64,000 nucleotides of DNA from Candidatus Spyradenecus sp. (GTDB lineage: Bacteria; Verrucomicrobiota; Verrucomicrobiia; Opitutales; UBA953). Made by a program: the position numbers and the translations under genes. The stretch is from the NCBI GenBank assembly GCA_045535075.1, contig JAZSKX010000017.1:128001-192000 (forward strand). Reading direction: 5' to 3'. Under the pieces are notes generated by a model that searched no databases, had not been told where the DNA came from, and saw nothing but the letters and a program-made list of their open reading frames with translations. Of this stretch, positions 62,303-64,000 are shown in pieces (within the stretch, counting starts at the first letter, position 1; every line of letters begins with the position of its first letter).

Positions 62303-64000
62303 TTACCAAAGCGTATCTTCGTCCTCTTCGTTCCATCCGGTTCTGAGGACTTTCTGCGGTGTGGAAATTCCGTCGAAATCGTCGTCGCTTTCGAGAAGCA
62401 CTTTTTCGCGTTCCAACGTCTTTGTTTGTTCAAATGCAGCTAAGAATTTGTCTGCTTCGGCTGTTCTGCTGTCGAGGGCGAGGCGTTCTTTGCGGCGAGC
62501 GTCTCGCTTGGGTTTCGCAAATGCATTTGCTGAACGAATTGCGTCACGGAACGAGCCTTCTGCTATTCCGCACGCTCGCTCAATCGCTGCCTTGTCGTTG
62601 GCATCGAGGCGCTCAATTGCATCGGTCGATTCTCCGATGTAACGTCCTCTGCCGTCGTAAAATAAAACGCCGTGCGCTCCGTTCCACATCGGGTTGAAGA
62701 ACACGAAAACTTCCGTTCCCGGAAGTAGATCTTCCACCGAGCTTTCCCGCCGGATCCTTGCCAAGAATTTATGGTAAATCCCGTAATCGTCCTTGAAGTC
62801 CACGGTCTTGCTCTGCGCGACTTTAACCCGCTTCCAATACTTCCGGCAAATAAACGCCGCCTCCCGGTAATCCGCGACGACCAATTCGCGCCTTCCTCGA
62901 TTAAATACTTCTCTCGGCGACATCTTACGCACCCGATAAAGCGCCGGATCCCCGCAAACCAAAGAGACGACTTCGCGGCTCGTCCCTGCCGTCACCGGGC
63001 GAAAATCGTCCGCCGTGTCCACGCGAAATTCCGCAATCTCGCGCCCGTGCCAATCCTCCAGGTTGTGTTCCGTTCGCGTGTTTACTTGTTCTACGATTTC
63101 GCAGTAACGCGCATTGTACGCATCCCAACCGAGCTCGCCTACGCTGATGCTATCGAGGAGGCCCGGAGGAAGAAATTTTGCCGCCTTTTTGTAGATACGT
63201 TCCCGCGCCTTAACGAGACCCTGAGTGTCCTCCGGAACGCTCCGGTTGTTCCCCGCATAAGCCGGAAGAATTGACGCCGCGTTGTGAATCAGCGAGTGTT
63301 GGCTTTCCAGGGCCGCTTTGTGTTTAAAGTTCCCGCGAGCCTGCCCGGCGAATCCGCCGTCAAACGCGCTCCCGCCCAGCATTGCGCCTCGCTCTACGCG
63401 CACGCGCCCGCCGCTCATACGAAGCAATGCCGCTTCCTGGTCGGCATCAATGGTTGCCGTCCCGTTTTCCACCTTCAACACACACCCGTCTTTGTGGTAA
63501 CCGATAGTCGTCAAAAGCGTCACCAAAAGCAGCGCCATCTCGTGTCCCTGCAACTGCTCGTTCGTCCCGTCTTTGCGCGGCAGGCGCGGACGCACTCCGT
63601 ACAGGACCCGGCACGACGAACTTTCATCAATGCACGCGAACTCAAGCGGACGTACCGGTGCGGCAAATCCTGCCACGCTCGCGTAGTGATCATGCCACAT
63701 GTCGTCGAATTGGTACACCATGCCCGGCGCCGCTGCACGCTTTACGCAAACCGGAGCTTTAAACTCGCGTGCCGCCAATGCTCCGACCTTAACAGCCGTC
63801 GTCTCTGCCTTCGTCGGCAGGTATTTTGACCGAGCCAAATTTTTATAAGTCCAACCGGCAGGAAGATCCGTTCCCGCATCACGTTCCGGACAGCTTGCGT
63901 ATCCGGGAATCGCGGCCGACGAATCGCCTTTGCGCCAGGAATTGTAGCGGCGGACCAATTCATGATGAGCCTGCCGCACGCCGCGCCTTACCCCGAACTG
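62303..64000 (-). CDS. MuA-like DDE transposase (5' end outside window)
   Basis: YQFDDMWHD, CIDESS, VENG, KAALES..IHN; directly upstream of the ATPase. Confidence 0.8.
   Translation of the reverse strand, partial: QFGVRRGVRQAHHELVRRYNSWRKGDSSAAIPGYASCPERDAGTDLPAGWTYKNLARSKYLPTKAETTAVKVGALAAREFKAPVCVKRAAAPGMVYQFDDMWHDHYASVAGFAAPVRPLEFACIDESSSCRVLYGVRPRLPRKDGTNEQLQGHEMALLLVTLLTTIGYHKDGCVLKVENGTATIDADQEAALLRMSGGRVRVERGAMLGGSAFDGGFAGQARGNFKHKAALESQHSLIHNAASILPAYAGNNRSVPEDTQGLVKARERIYKKAAKFLPPGLLDSISVGELGWDAYNARYCEIVEQVNTRTEHNLEDWHGREIAEFRVDTADDFRPVTAGTSREVVSLVCGDPALYRVRKMSPREVFNRGRRELVVADYREAAFICRKYWKRVKVAQSKTVDFKDDYGIYHKFLARIRRESSVEDLLPGTEVFVFFNPMWNGAHGVLFYDGRGRYIGESTDAIERLDANDKAAIERACGIAEGSFRDAIRSANAFAKPKRDARRKERLALDSRTAEADKFLAAFEQTKTLEREKVLLESDDDFDGISTPQKVLRTGWNEEDEDTLW

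Larger units (their letters stand above)
59974..64000 (-). mobile_element. Mu-like transposable prophage/transposon early region (continues beyond window)
   Basis: Transposase-ATPase-small ORF-gam order with tightly packed or overlapping genes. Confidence 0.85.

Overview
Chromosomal window from a Gram-negative bacterium (lpxB, msbA-like flippase). Gene content suggests a gut-type Verrucomicrobiota/Opitutales lineage, but that is my inference and not a database result. Most of the window is housekeeping: ddl, ileS, type III glutamine synthetase, icd, purH, dtd, catalase, metK, pgi, secG, lpxB-tilS-ftsH, hisHB-hpt-lepB-dnaN, argS, menB, rpsR and 4 tRNAs. Accessory blocks are (i) a 4.5-kb integrase-less island bracketed by a 238-bp duplication of the purH 3' end and a ~45-bp inverted repeat, carrying an NDT-like plus PD-(D/E)XK gene pair, (ii) an arsR-arsP-arsE/F-arsG-arsC organoarsenical locus, (iii) an FRG/DUF805/zinc-ribbon membrane protein run, and (iv) the early region of a Mu-like transposable element at the right edge. 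A DnaA-box cluster between dnaN and argS is a candidate oriC. The strongest unexplained signal is a hugely over-represented non-palindromic octamer, GCGGGAAC/GTTCCCGC. It occurs on both strands, inside genes and as inverted pairs forming terminators, and is depleted in foreign-looking DNA. This is the genomic signature of a DNA uptake sequence. All counts are by eye and no searches were run.
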